A stretch of 64,000 nucleotides of DNA from Candidatus Eiseniibacteriota bacterium (lineage in GTDB: Bacteria; Eisenbacteria; RBG-16-71-46), in assembly GCA_041483195.1 (NCBI GenBank), contig JBGPFC010000014.1:1-64000 (forward strand). Direction: 5' to 3'. The translations under genes were made by a program, and so were the position numbers. The notes below the pieces were generated by a model that saw only the letters and a list, made by a program, of their open reading frames with translations, made no database searches and had not been told where the DNA came from. Shown here in pieces: positions 28,319-38,677 of this stretch; position 1 is the stretch's first letter, and each line of letters starts with the position of its first letter.

Positions 28319-29358
28319 TTCGAGACTCCCACGGTGATGCGATGTGTGCCGTCGAGGTGCTGGTGCGCCGCCCAAGCATAGTCCGCCCGGAGCCGCGTGT
28401 CGCCTACCCGGGCGCGGAAGCCGGCGCCGGCCGTGAGCCCGAGCTCCGAGTCGTGCATGAAGAGATTCTGGTAGCCGGTCCGGAGCGCGAACGTTTCCCG
28501 GTAGCTCCACTCGCCGCCGAAGCTCACGCTCTCGGTGTTGTCGCTCGGATGAAGGCCGTCCAGCGCGAATCGAAGCTGCTGATCGCCGGCGAAACGCACC
28601 GGCAGCCCGAGGCCGACGCGAAACAACACCGGCACCGGAAAATTCCCCGTGGCCTGGTCGGCCGGCAGCGTGCTGTTGTCGCCGAAGACATCGGGATTGG
28701 CGTCGAAGCTGATGGCCAGGTCCCGGCCGGCGAACTGGGCGCCGGTGCCGAAGTAGTTGAGGCTCGAGCCGATCTCGAGCCCGCCCTCCGAGAGCCGGTA
28801 GAGCGTGCCTCCGCTCATCGCGACCGTCCGCGCCGACGAGTTGAAGATCGTCTCCTGCACGTAGTGCAGCTGAACGCCGAGCGAGAACAGCGTCGTCATC
28901 CGGCGCCCGTACCCGAGCCCGAACGAGACGTCGGAGACCCGGTAGCGCTCGCCGGTGCCCAGCGGCGCGTTCACGGTGCGCACCATGATGTCGCCCGAAT
29001 TGAGCGAGGTGAGGCTGGCGACGACGTTGCCCTTCCCTCCGCCCAGCGGGATCGCGACCGCCGCGTAGTCGTAGAGGATGCCCGCGAACCAGTCCGCGTG
29101 CGTGAACTGCGCCGAGTACGCGTCGAGGTAGCCGATCGCGGCCGCGTTGTAGTAGGCCGCCATCACCTCGTCCCGCGCCGTCGCCCCCGCGTTTCCCATC
29201 GCCGCGAAGCGCGCGCTGGGCTCGATCAGCAGGAACTGCCCCATCGAGGTGCCGACCTTGCTCTGCGCCAGCGCGGCGCGCGGAGCGGCGGCGGCCACGG
29301 TCGCGAACGCGGCGAGCGCGATCGCGAATCGCAGGCTCCGGCTCGTGCCCGGCCTCAC
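28315..29358 (-). CDS. PorV/PorQ-family outer-membrane barrel
   Basis: FLLIEPSARFAAMGNA...YYNAAAI motif; C-terminal THRITVG. Confidence 0.85.
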   Translation of the reverse strand: MRPGTSRSLRFAIALAAFATVAAAAPRAALAQSKVGTSMGQFLLIEPSARFAAMGNAGATARDEVMAAYYNAAAIGYLDAYSAQFTHADWFAGILYDYAAVAIPLGGGKGNVVASLTSLNSGDIMVRTVNAPLGTGERYRVSDVSFGLGYGRRMTTLFSLGVQLHYVQETIFNSSARTVAMSGGTLYRLSEGGLEIGSSLNYFGTGAQFAGRDLAISFDANPDVFGDNSTLPADQATGNFPVPVLFRVGLGLPVRFAGDQQLRFALDGLHPSDNTESVSFGGEWSYRETFALRTGYQNLFMHDSELGLTAGAGFRARVGDTRLRADYAWAAHQHLDGTHRITVGVSN

Positions 29359-32300
29359 TTGATCACCGCGAACTTGCCGACGTAGTCCTTCACCCCGTCG
29401 GCTTCGACATGGAAGATGTAGAGACCCGGAGCCAGGTCGAGGTTGTCCCGGGTGCGCAGGTTCCACGCCACGTAGCCGGCGGTGGAGCCATCCTGCCGGA
29501 GGGTCTGCACCAGATCGCCCCGCACCGTGTAAATGCGGATGACGGCGCGCGGCGGCAGCGCGCGGAACTCGATGCGGCGCTCACCGCGGCCCGAGACCGC
29601 GAAGTGCTCCGGCTCGAAGCTGGCCGAGCCGAGGTACGGATTCGGCACGACGTACGGCTTCTCCCCAGCCGCCTGCGTCGTCGCGAGCGAGCGATCGATC
29701 CGCTCGGCTCCGGTCGTGAACACCAGCGTGTCCAGGACCGAATAGGGGGCCACGACCTTCACCTCGTACGTATCGCCGGCGCCCGGCTTGACCAGCGCGC
29801 CCGCTCCCACGATTCCGGCGTAGGTCAGTCGCCAGGTCGGCTGGGGGGTGCCCGGCGCGAAGGGGGCGTAGGTCAGCACGTCGAGAATCTCGTTCGGCGC
29901 GCTCAGCGTGCTGTCGTTGTTGATGTCGCGCAGGCGCACGTCGAGCTGCTGATCGCCCTGAGCCGTCTCGGCGAACGCGCGGAACTTGACCCCTCGGCCC
30001 TGGAAGCCATTGGGCGCAACGAGCGCCGTGTCGCGGATCACGTTGTCGAAAACGATCCGGATGCTGTCCGGGAATCCCGGGCGGCGCAGATTGGGCGAGG
30101 CGGTGCGAAGGCCCGTCACACGGGCCTTGAGATTCGTGAGGCTCCCCGCTGCGAAGCCGCTGCGGAGCGTGTCGGGCTTGGGGATCGAATCGGTCCAGAC
30201 CACGGGCAGCAGACCGTCGGCCACCGGGCCGACGCCCTCCCCGACCAGATCGGCTCCGGTGCGGAACAGGGTCTTGTGAGTCGTGCTGTCGCGCAGGACG
30301 TAGCGATCGGCGCGGATGCTATCGGGCGCCGGCGCCGCGAACGAGATGGCGTAGAGATGCTGGTTCGGAACCAGCGCGGAATTGACCGCGCGAATCTCGA
30401 CCCGTCCCGAACCCGGACCGCGCGCCTGCTTCAGGTCGTGGACCCGGGCGGGCTCGTACCCCAGCACGCGCGCGTTGGGCCTGGCGCTCACGATGTTCTT
30501 GGGCAGGATCGTCCCCCCGCGCGGCGTGCGCGAGACCGCGACCGCGCTCTCGGAGGGATAGAACTTGAACCGCGGGGAGTCCACCCCGCGGTCGTACGAG
30601 CAGACGGCGTAGTAGTAGAGCTGACCGTCGGTCACCGTGGTGTCGGTCCAGGTGTGCGTGAGCCCGTTGTCGGTGCCGAGCCAGAAGGACACGCCGTCCT
30701 GACTCTGGACCGAGTAACCCCGGATGCTGTCGGGCAGGTCGAACTGCGCGATCGCCTTTCCCACGCCGACCGGCGTGCTGCCGCGCCCGGTCACGATCAC
30801 TCGCGGGTCGAGAAACTCGGGGTCGGTGGAGCGATAGATTCGATAGCCCTCGAACTCGTTCTCGTGGGTGACCGGATCGCGGTCGCGCTCCGCGACGTCG
30901 TCCCACGACAGCCGCACGAATCCGTCGCCGGCATCGGCGGTCACCGTCGGAGTCGGCGGCGGCACCGCGAACTGGTAGTTGGCGTCGTAGATCTGCTGCA
31001 CCGTCTTGACCGTGCTCCGCAGCTCGGTGAGGTCGGCCCCGTAGGCGAGCGCGAGACTGAAGCGCTCGTTCTGCCCGGCCCGAAGCGTGAACGGGCCCGA
31101 GGCGAAGAGAAACGCGATGTTGTAGTTGGAAGCCAGCGCCGAGTCGAAGCGCGCCGCCGGGTTGGGATCGGTGAACTTCTGGAACAGCCGCTCTGGCCAG
31201 CGCGCGTCGTCCATGTAGAACAGGACCCCGTCCACGGTCTGATCGGGATTGGCGGGGTCGGCCTTGATCCGGTTCATCTTGAATCCGGTCAGTCCGATCT
31301 GGTCGGACTCGTCGAGGTCGGTCTGGTCGAAGTTGGGCTCGCCCGCGGTCGGGATGCCGTCCCCCTCGCCGGTGTCGAAGGTGCCGTTCACGCCGTCGGC
31401 GCCGACGTCGTCGAACTCCTGATCCCAGTCCATGTCCTCGTCGCCGGGCCACCAGCGGCCGTTCTTGTATGCGGGGCGGCCGCTGATGGGCCCGTACTTC
31501 TGGGTGAACTTGACGGTGTCATAGGCGGCCGCGACCGCCGCGTAGATCGCGTCCTTGCCGGGGATCAGGGTGCCGGGGCCGCTGTCGCGCCGCTCGTCCA
31601 CGATGCCGTCATCATCGTTGTCGATGCCGTCGAACGGCTTGCCCGGCGTCTCGAGGTAGGCGTAGCCGAGGTAGCCGGTCGGCGCGCACGTGCTCGTCCG
31701 GTCGATCCCGTGACCCCGGTTGTCCCAGGTGTAGACGAGATTGAGCCCCGCGGATCGGTCGAAGAAGGCGTTGTCGTCGTCGGACTCTGCGATCCGATCG
31801 CACGAGACGGCAGAGCCTCCGACCCCGGAGTCCATGTAGAGGCCGAAGATGATGTTGTCGTTGTAGTCGGTGGTGCTCTCGTTGGTGATGTCGTAGTGCC
31901 AGAAGATCACGTTGCCGGCCTGCGGGTTGGCCCACTGGAATCCGCGCACCTCGACGCGCAGGCCGAGCCCGAGCCGCGTGTTGTCGCGCGAGTCGGGGTA
32001 GTACTGCCAGGCGTCGTAGAAGTTGTCGTCCATCACCGTGTAGCTCTCCTGGTCGGCCGCCGCGCGCTTGCCGAAGTACCCGTTCCAGGAGCCAGCCCAG
32101 CCATAGTCGTCGGGATCGGTGAGCTTGTTGGGCCAGCGGTCGGGCCAGGTGCGCGGATCGGTGCTGATCGCCGGCGAGCGGCCGCGATTCGTGTCGGGAT
32201 CGGCCATGAAGTAGCCCGGCCTCGGCTCGAACCGCATCTGGCGGTTGAATCGCGGGCTGATGCCCTGCCGCTCGCGGAAGCCGGTCTCCATGATGTAGGT

Positions 32301-32663
32301 CTCGTCGCCGTTGGTCTGATTGACCTTCGCGAGCACGAAGGGCGTGATGCCATCGCTGTAGTTCATCCCGGTTCCCTTCGGCACCTCCACCGAGTGGAAA
32401 ACGCTGAGGTCCACCTTGAGCGGGTCGGGGGGATAGTCGCCGACCATGCCGAAGTTGTAGAAGAGCGTGCGGATGTTGGACGCGTCGTGGACGCCCGAGC
32501 GCTCGGCGTCCACCCGGCCGCGCAGCTCGGGGGGCACGAGCGGCTGCAGCGCGGCGGGCGCTGCGGGCGCGGCCGGAGCCGACGACGCCTCGCGGGGCGC
32601 CGCGAACGCCGAAGCCGCGCACGCGACCACCAGCATCACCCGCATTCCGCGCACACCGATCAT
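29355..32663 (-). CDS. Large secreted protein with Asp-rich Ca-binding motifs, FN3-like domain and T9SS-type CTD
   Basis: DGIDNDDDGIVDE, SGPFTL, LSWD..FEGYRIYRS, YYYAV, VVPNPY...PGLYIFHV; GGAGG RBS. Confidence 0.8.
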   Translation of the reverse strand: MIGVRGMRVMLVVACAASAFAAPREASSAPAAPAAPAALQPLVPPELRGRVDAERSGVHDASNIRTLFYNFGMVGDYPPDPLKVDLSVFHSVEVPKGTGMNYSDGITPFVLAKVNQTNGDETYIMETGFRERQGISPRFNRQMRFEPRPGYFMADPDTNRGRSPAISTDPRTWPDRWPNKLTDPDDYGWAGSWNGYFGKRAAADQESYTVMDDNFYDAWQYYPDSRDNTRLGLGLRVEVRGFQWANPQAGNVIFWHYDITNESTTDYNDNIIFGLYMDSGVGGSAVSCDRIAESDDDNAFFDRSAGLNLVYTWDNRGHGIDRTSTCAPTGYLGYAYLETPGKPFDGIDNDDDGIVDERRDSGPGTLIPGKDAIYAAVAAAYDTVKFTQKYGPISGRPAYKNGRWWPGDEDMDWDQEFDDVGADGVNGTFDTGEGDGIPTAGEPNFDQTDLDESDQIGLTGFKMNRIKADPANPDQTVDGVLFYMDDARWPERLFQKFTDPNPAARFDSALASNYNIAFLFASGPFTLRAGQNERFSLALAYGADLTELRSTVKTVQQIYDANYQFAVPPPTPTVTADAGDGFVRLSWDDVAERDRDPVTHENEFEGYRIYRSTDPEFLDPRVIVTGRGSTPVGVGKAIAQFDLPDSIRGYSVQSQDGVSFWLGTDNGLTHTWTDTTVTDGQLYYYAVCSYDRGVDSPRFKFYPSESAVAVSRTPRGGTILPKNIVSARPNARVLGYEPARVHDLKQARGPGSGRVEIRAVNSALVPNQHLYAISFAAPAPDSIRADRYVLRDSTTHKTLFRTGADLVGEGVGPVADGLLPVVWTDSIPKPDTLRSGFAAGSLTNLKARVTGLRTASPNLRRPGFPDSIRIVFDNVIRDTALVAPNGFQGRGVKFRAFAETAQGDQQLDVRLRDINNDSTLSAPNEILDVLTYAPFAPGTPQPTWRLTYAGIVGAGALVKPGAGDTYEVKVVAPYSVLDTLVFTTGAERIDRSLATTQAAGEKPYVVPNPYLGSASFEPEHFAVSGRGERRIEFRALPPRAVIRIYTVRGDLVQTLRQDGSTAGYVAWNLRTRDNLDLAPGLYIFHVEADGVKDYVGKFAVIK

Positions 32664-35317
32664 CACGATCCTCCTCCGCTCAAGAATCCCCCGATCGCGA
32701 CTCCGACCTCGAAGCGGCGCGGGGCCTGGAAGCGCGACGGGTCGGCGAGCGTGCTCTGGGTGCTCGAACTCGTGCGCGTGTAGTCGGGGCTCCCGGTGTC
32801 GTTGAACACGAATCCGTTGAAGAAGCGCGTGTCGAAGAGGTTGAACACGCGGCCGAACAGGCGCAGGTCGTGTCCCTGCGACAGCGTGCGCTCTCCGCGC
32901 AGGTCCACCAGCAGTGCGTTGGGCTTGCGTCCCGAGTTGGATTCGAGAATCCCGGTGAACGCCGTGGAGATCTCGGGCGTGTAGGGCTGGCCGCTGACCG
33001 CGCGCACCACCGTGCTCGCCATCCAGCGCTGAGGTTCGACCACCGTGAAGGTCAGATTGAGCGTGTGCCGTTGATCCCAGTTGAGCGGCACCAGCCGCGG
33101 CCGCGCGTCCTGGCCGGCCTCGGCGCGCGTGGCGGTCTCGCGCGGATCGCTGGCGTTCCCCTCGGCGATCTCCCATGTGTAGTCCAGGCTGGTGGTGAGC
33201 GGACCGAGCGCGCGGCGGTCGATGGCGAGCGTCAATCCGATCACGTTTCCGAAGTCCACGTTGGTGAGCCGCGCGTATTCGCCGGCGGCGTAGGTGGAGA
33301 TGAACTCGACGCCGAGCAGGTCTCGGACGTCCTTGTAGAACACCGTGAAGTCGAGTCCCAGGTCCTCGGTGATCGCCTGCTTGTAGCCGAACTCGTATTG
33401 CACGGTGAACTCCGGCGAGATGTCGGGATTGCCGAACACCCCGAAGCGCTGCTCCCCCGCCTGGAGATTTGCGAGCACCGTATAGTCGGCGTTCTTGAAG
33501 ATATCGCCGATCGACGGCAGCTGATAGAAATGACCGTACGAGAAGAACACCGCGGCGCGCGAGCCGACCGGATACGAGACGCCGATGCGCGGCGCGAGCG
33601 ACACCTTCCGATGAGGACGCCCGTACGCCGAGCGGGGCGCGCCCGCGATCGCGTTCGCGGGGTTCGCGAGATTGGTGGGGATCCTGGAGCGCGAGTCGAA
33701 GTACTCCATGCGCAGCCCGCCGCGCACGGTCAGGTCGCGCCACTCGATCTGATCCTGGCCGAAGGCCCCGGCCAGCACCGGGCGGTACTCCTGCACGTTG
33801 AGGAAGTCGGGCGGCTCGTCGATGTGGCGGGTCAGGCCCTGCACGCCGTTGACGGTGCCCTCGACGATGGTGCCCGGCGATCCGAATCGCACGTCGGGCA
33901 GCTGCAGCTCGGCGCCCAGCTTCACCAGATGGTAGCGTTGCACCTGGCTCGACCACGAGCCCTTGCCCACGATCGCGTTCGTGGTCTGTACGAAGCGGCC
34001 GAGGTCAACGCCCTGCACGATCGCGCCCAGTCCGAAGGACGGGTCGGTCTTCGGGGCGCCCGCCCTGTCGTAACGCGGGTCGTACAGCTTGTCGTAGACC
34101 ATGTCGCGATAGTCGACCAGGTTCTGGCGCAGCGAGAAGTTGTAGAAGCTCTTCGTCGAGAGCCGATGGGTCCAGTCGAACCCGTGCACCAGATTCCACG
34201 TGCGCTGGGTCGGCATGCCGTCCGGGTTGAAGCGCCACGCGAAGGCGGCGCGGCGGCTGTCGATGAAATTGAAGAGCGCCTCGTAGCTCAGGGTGACGCT
34301 CTGCCAGGTCCGGTTCGTGACCTTCGCGACCCCGGACCACTCGTGGGAGTAGCCGAGCGAATGGGAGGCGTAGTCGCCGCTGCCCACGAACACCTTGTTC
34401 GCGAAATCACCCCGATCGGTGGGCCGAAATTGCCGCACGGAGCGCAGGTAGCCATCGGACTCGTACCGCCGCCCGCTGAGCAGGAACGTGGTGCCCGGGA
34501 GTCCCGTGGGACCGCTGAGGCTCCCCTGCAGCTGGTACACGGGGAGCGGCAGGAAGTAATTGGGGACCAGCCGGGCGCCGTGATTCGCGAACACGAAGCC
34601 GCCGTTGTAGCCCTCCGCGTCCCACGCCAGTCGATCGCCGCCGGACTTGATCACCGCGTTCACCACGCCGCTCAGCGCCTGTCCATACTCGGCGTCGAAG
34701 GTCCCGCTGATGACCTGCACCTCCTGTAAGATCGAACGGTCGAGCTTGATGCCGGCCGAGTTGTCGTAGAGGTTGTTCACCGGAACTCCGCTCACCTGGT
34801 ACTGCACTTCGCCGGTGCGCCCGCCGCGAATGTGACCGTCCACCACGCCGGCCTGGAGATTCACCATCTCCTGCATGTCCTGGACCGGCAGCTTGGCGAT
34901 GTCCTCGGCGCGCAGAACGAATCGGGTGCTGGTGAGATCCGACTCCACCAGCGGGCGCGTGGCGACCACCTCGACGCCCTTGAGGTTGAGCGCCTCCTCC
35001 TCGAGCGTGACGTCGACCTTCGTGGTCCGGTCGGCCGACACCGCGACCCCGGTGACGGTCAGCGTGCGGCGCCCGATCATGCTGGCGCGGACGTCGTAGG
35101 TGCCGGGGAGCACGCCGAGAATGCTGAAGTAGCCGGCATCGTCGCTCAGGCTACCGAGGCGGGCGGCCGGCACCGAGACGTTCGCGCCGGCCAGCGGCTG
35201 GCCCTCCCGGTCGACGACCCGCCCGGCGACCTTACCCGTCGTCCCGGCATCCGCAATCCGAGCGGCGGCCGCCAGCGTGAAGCACGTGGCGGCCACCCAG
35301 AGTGGAATTCGTTTCAT
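32663..35317 (-). CDS. TonB-dependent receptor with carboxypeptidase-regulatory-like N-domain
   Basis: GTTGKVAGRVVD, HIRGGR, SGTFDAEYGQALSGVVN, GNPDISPE, PRRFEVG. Confidence 0.92.
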   Translation of the reverse strand: MKRIPLWVAATCFTLAAAARIADAGTTGKVAGRVVDREGQPLAGANVSVPAARLGSLSDDAGYFSILGVLPGTYDVRASMIGRRTLTVTGVAVSADRTTKVDVTLEEEALNLKGVEVVATRPLVESDLTSTRFVLRAEDIAKLPVQDMQEMVNLQAGVVDGHIRGGRTGEVQYQVSGVPVNNLYDNSAGIKLDRSILQEVQVISGTFDAEYGQALSGVVNAVIKSGGDRLAWDAEGYNGGFVFANHGARLVPNYFLPLPVYQLQGSLSGPTGLPGTTFLLSGRRYESDGYLRSVRQFRPTDRGDFANKVFVGSGDYASHSLGYSHEWSGVAKVTNRTWQSVTLSYEALFNFIDSRRAAFAWRFNPDGMPTQRTWNLVHGFDWTHRLSTKSFYNFSLRQNLVDYRDMVYDKLYDPRYDRAGAPKTDPSFGLGAIVQGVDLGRFVQTTNAIVGKGSWSSQVQRYHLVKLGAELQLPDVRFGSPGTIVEGTVNGVQGLTRHIDEPPDFLNVQEYRPVLAGAFGQDQIEWRDLTVRGGLRMEYFDSRSRIPTNLANPANAIAGAPRSAYGRPHRKVSLAPRIGVSYPVGSRAAVFFSYGHFYQLPSIGDIFKNADYTVLANLQAGEQRFGVFGNPDISPEFTVQYEFGYKQAITEDLGLDFTVFYKDVRDLLGVEFISTYAAGEYARLTNVDFGNVIGLTLAIDRRALGPLTTSLDYTWEIAEGNASDPRETATRAEAGQDARPRLVPLNWDQRHTLNLTFTVVEPQRWMASTVVRAVSGQPYTPEISTAFTGILESNSGRKPNALLVDLRGERTLSQGHDLRLFGRVFNLFDTRFFNGFVFNDTGSPDYTRTSSSTQSTLADPSRFQAPRRFEVGVAIGGFLSGGGS

Positions 35318-35331
35318 GGACTCTCGTGAAC

Positions 35332-35368
35332 CGCGAGTCGGCGGGGTTTGGTGCCCCGCCGGCTCGCG
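35332..35368. other. Strong intercistronic stem-loop
   Basis: cgcgagtcggcgggg-tttggtg-ccccgccggctcgcg; no U-tract. Confidence 0.5.
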
Positions 35369-35377
35369 CATTGAAAC

Positions 35378-37291
35378 CTAGTGCAGGCGAACCATCCGCC
35401 CGGTCGCGGTCGCGAGCGTCGCGTTCGAAACCGGATCGTAGGTCCTGAGACGATAGAGGTAAACACCGGCGGCCCAGTCGCGGCCGAGGACCGGAATCTG
35501 CTGTTCGCCAGCGGCCAGGCGCTCCCTCGTGAGACTCGCGACCCGCCGACCGGCGACGTCGAACACTTCGAACTTCACGTTCGCCGCCTGCGGGAGCGAG
35601 AAGCGGACGTAGGTTCCGACCCGGAACGGATTCGGCGCCGCGCCTCTCAGGGTCAGGCGCGAGACGTTCGCGCGCGGTTCCTCCGCCACGTCCGTGACCG
35701 ACCAGGTGGGTTTCATGTAGCACCACGCCGGGCCGCTGGTGTTGTCGTACTCACGGAACCACCAGGCCCGGTTGCCGTACGTGTCCTCGGCCACCTCGAA
35801 CTGGTCCCCGTCGAACTCGGTGATCCCGAGGAACAACCGGCCGTCGCCGCGTCCCGGCGGATACCCGAGCTTGGTGAGGTTCACCGCCAGCTCGGCCTGA
35901 TAGCCGTTGTCGATGTTGACCGCGGGATTCTCGATCACCGTGCCCGGCTTCAGATAGATCTGGGCTCGCGCGCCCCCCAGCGTGTCGCGCAGGGTGGCGA
36001 GGTAGTCGAGGGGCTTGAGCGAGCCGGTCGGGCCGACCTGGAACGACAGACGCCGTCCCTGCAGCACGTGGTCCTGGCCCTCCCTCAACGAGTACTCGTT
36101 GAGCGAAACGCGGAAGCCGTCGTAGAGATCCTCGATGTTGCTGTACTGCACGTACTGGTCGCGCACGTCGAAGCCGAGGTACAGCGTGTCCTCGCGGAAG
36201 AAATAGTAGATCGTGCAGTCGGCGCGATCGGTGATGAATGCGAGGTTTCCGGCGATCGGGGGCTGGTACCAGCCGGCGAACTCCTTGCCAACGCTCGGAT
36301 AGGTCAGGCGCAGCGGCTCGTCCCCATAGCGGATGTCGAAGTGCGGGGCGAGCGACCAGACGGCGTCGTTCAGCTGGCCATCGATGACCGGCGCCGGCAA
36401 GTCGGCGCCGTTCGGAATCACCAGCTCGGGAGCCACGGTCGGAAGCGCGCCGGAATTGATCGTGACGGAGGGACGCGCGTAGATGCGCACCGAGTTGTAG
36501 CCGGGCGCGTTTCCCCACGGCCCCTGCCACCAGGTGCGATTCGCGCTCAGGAAGAACGTCGGCGGCCAGAACCAGTCGCAATCGTAGATCGAGATATTGA
36601 ACGGCACGACGTCGCCGCCGATGCCGGTGATGTCGTAGCCCACGCCATCGAGATTGAACATCATCTCGACCGTGTAGTGGCTGTCCGATGAATCGGGATT
36701 TCCGCCGGTCACGTCGTCGGCGTTGCTGACGCCCGTGACCTTGGTCACCGCGTTCCACATGTCGATCTGCTGGGGGGTGCGCGCAACCGTGTCCTGAGCG
36801 CCGAACTTGCCGCGGAACCCCGGCATCACGCCCGGTGCGCGCGGCGACGCCGCTTCCGGATGCCACCACGAGTAGAGGTACTCGGCGGGCGAGGCCGGGT
36901 GGGAGCCGGTGGTGCGATCCTTGATCTGCATGAGCAGGCCGTCGAATCGATTGAACAGCTCGGAACCGCCGATCGACCCGTCGGCGACTTGAATCGCCAT
37001 ATAGAGCCGGTTGCCGTTCGTCAGGAATCTCAGGGTCGCGCGCAGCGGGTCGACGGGCAGGATGCCGCCCTCGGCCTTCCAGCCGCTGCCGGGGATGCCG
37101 GTGTCCTGCTGCCAGACGATCTTGATCGACTCGGCGAGCGCCCACGCCGGCTCGTTGAGGATGCCGTCGAGCGTGATCGGCGCTCCGGCGGTGGAGCGCG
37201 CCCACCACACGTCCTTCCGCGGCGGCTGGGCTTGGACCACGCTCGCGCTCGCGAGCGCGATCAGGACGATCGCAAGAATTCGTGATCTCAT
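35378..37291 (-). CDS. Secreted protein with tandem CBM9/DOMON-like sugar-binding domains and T9SS-type CTD
   Basis: Two ITLDGILNEPAW / VIDGQLNDAVW ... LY-x-x-x-V-x-D modules; AAPNPF...AAGVYLYRL. Confidence 0.7.
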   Translation of the reverse strand: MRSRILAIVLIALASASVVQAQPPRKDVWWARSTAGAPITLDGILNEPAWALAESIKIVWQQDTGIPGSGWKAEGGILPVDPLRATLRFLTNGNRLYMAIQVADGSIGGSELFNRFDGLLMQIKDRTTGSHPASPAEYLYSWWHPEAASPRAPGVMPGFRGKFGAQDTVARTPQQIDMWNAVTKVTGVSNADDVTGGNPDSSDSHYTVEMMFNLDGVGYDITGIGGDVVPFNISIYDCDWFWPPTFFLSANRTWWQGPWGNAPGYNSVRIYARPSVTINSGALPTVAPELVIPNGADLPAPVIDGQLNDAVWSLAPHFDIRYGDEPLRLTYPSVGKEFAGWYQPPIAGNLAFITDRADCTIYYFFREDTLYLGFDVRDQYVQYSNIEDLYDGFRVSLNEYSLREGQDHVLQGRRLSFQVGPTGSLKPLDYLATLRDTLGGARAQIYLKPGTVIENPAVNIDNGYQAELAVNLTKLGYPPGRGDGRLFLGITEFDGDQFEVAEDTYGNRAWWFREYDNTSGPAWCYMKPTWSVTDVAEEPRANVSRLTLRGAAPNPFRVGTYVRFSLPQAANVKFEVFDVAGRRVASLTRERLAAGEQQIPVLGRDWAAGVYLYRLRTYDPVSNATLATATGRMVRLH

Positions 37292-37379
37292 GGGAGCTGC
37301 CTCCTGCGGTCATAGGGCGAGGTGCGAAGCCTCAGAAGCAAGATGGACCAGGAAACCGGCGGCATCGGTCGCGCGGACG

Positions 37380-38423
37380 TCATGCGCCGAACACCGGGTG
37401 TGGGGTCATGGGTCTGCCGGCCGAGAGCGGGGCGCCGCTCGATTCCCGAATCACCAGGGAGGTCGGCAGGAGCTCGTGGCAGGAGGGCGCGGATGCTGGG
37501 CCATGCATCGCCGCGACCAGCAGCTGCACGGCGCGCTCCCCGAGACGGTAGGGCTCGACCCGGACGGTGGTGAGTCGCGGGGCGAGGTAGCTGGAAGTCG
37601 CGATGTCGTCGAAGCCCGTGACCACCACGTCTTCCGGCACGCGCAGTCCGGCCTCGCGGAGCGCGTGCATGGCGCCCACCGCCATGGAATCGTTGGCGGC
37701 GAACAGGGCGGCGGGGCGCGGCCCGCGCGCGAGCAACGCGCGAGCGGCCTCGTAGCCGGAGGCCTCCGTGAAGTTCCCGCGCACCTCGAGCTCCGGCGAC
37801 GGCTCGATCCCGAGCTCGCGGAGCCCGGCGTGGTAGCCCTGGAGGCGCTGACTCGCATCGCGGTTGGTTTCGGGTCCGGCGATGAATGCGATCTCACGGT
37901 GTCCGAGCGCGGCGAGATGACGCACCATCTCGAGCGCGCCGGTGAGATTGTCGGCGGCGACGCTCGCGCACCGGTCGGTCTCGAACCCGGGATTCACGAG
38001 CACGGTGGGAAACTGAGTGACGGCTTCCTCGAAGACGATCGGCGATTCGATATCGGGGGCCATCGCGATCAGTCCGTCGATGCGGCCGCGCATGGTCTGC
38101 AGCGCCGCGAACAACTCCCCGGGATCGGAGTGCGAGCTCGAGACGACGAGATGGAAGCCCTCGCGGCGGGCCGCGAGATCGATGCCGCGAATGATCTCGG
38201 AGAAGAACTCGCCGTAGAGGTCGGGGAGCAGGACTCCGAGCGCATGGGTGCGCTTGGTGATCAGGCTGCGTGCCGCGCCGTTGGGCCAGTAGCCCATGCG
38301 CTCGGCCACTTCCCGCACCCGCTTCGAGGTGTCCTCGCTCACGCGGGCGCTGCCGTTGAAGAGTCGCGAAATCGTGGCGATCGAGACTCCGGCTTCTCGG
38401 GCCACATCGCGGATGGTTGGCAT
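37380..38423 (-). CDS. LacI-family transcriptional regulator
   Basis: MPTIRDVAREAGVSIATISR, YWPNGAARSL, VTGFDD. Confidence 0.95.
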   Translation of the reverse strand: MPTIRDVAREAGVSIATISRLFNGSARVSEDTSKRVREVAERMGYWPNGAARSLITKRTHALGVLLPDLYGEFFSEIIRGIDLAARREGFHLVVSSSHSDPGELFAALQTMRGRIDGLIAMAPDIESPIVFEEAVTQFPTVLVNPGFETDRCASVAADNLTGALEMVRHLAALGHREIAFIAGPETNRDASQRLQGYHAGLRELGIEPSPELEVRGNFTEASGYEAARALLARGPRPAALFAANDSMAVGAMHALREAGLRVPEDVVVTGFDDIATSSYLAPRLTTVRVEPYRLGERAVQLLVAAMHGPASAPSCHELLPTSLVIRESSGAPLSAGRPMTPHPVFGA

Positions 38424-38481
38424 GCTGGTTCCCGTGTGAGTCGCGTTTGGGCTGGAGGGAGACCCTGCTCGGGCCGGACCC

Positions 38482-38517
38482 ATGAAAACGATTACATGCG
38501 GAGCCTGCGCATGTCAA
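38482..38517 (-). promoter_or_regulatory. Leftward promoter with LacI-type operator
   Basis: Minus strand TTGACA-N14-ATGTAATCGTTTTCAT. Confidence 0.7.
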
Positions 38518-38559
38518 CGATTTGTCGGGCACCGGCGGAACCCAATCGAACGAAAGGGA

Positions 38560-38595
38560 TTGACTGGGGAGGCCCTCGGATGTAATCGGTTACAC
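38560..38595 (+). promoter_or_regulatory. Rightward promoter with LacI-type operator
   Basis: TTGACT-N14-ATGTAATCGGTTACAC. Confidence 0.7.
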
Positions 38596-38677
38596 CGATC
38601 TTCGGTCTGCACGCCGTCTCCTGGCCCCTGAAGATCGCGCGGACCGGCTTACACACTGCCTACCAGGCGGAGATCCC

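Noticed and set aside
29409..32783. Long opposite-strand or alternative-frame ORFs (e.g. 16122-18662, 29409-32783, 32870-34729, 50215-52791)
   Set aside because: High-GC shadow ORFs overlapping genes with clear motifs; Arg/Ala/Pro-rich with no recognisable domains
32667..33956. Long N-terminal extensions in the ORF track (29355-33956, 42304-46317, 39415-41424, 55706-57046)
   Set aside because: They overlap neighbouring real genes; coupled starts with RBS or signal peptides lie downstream
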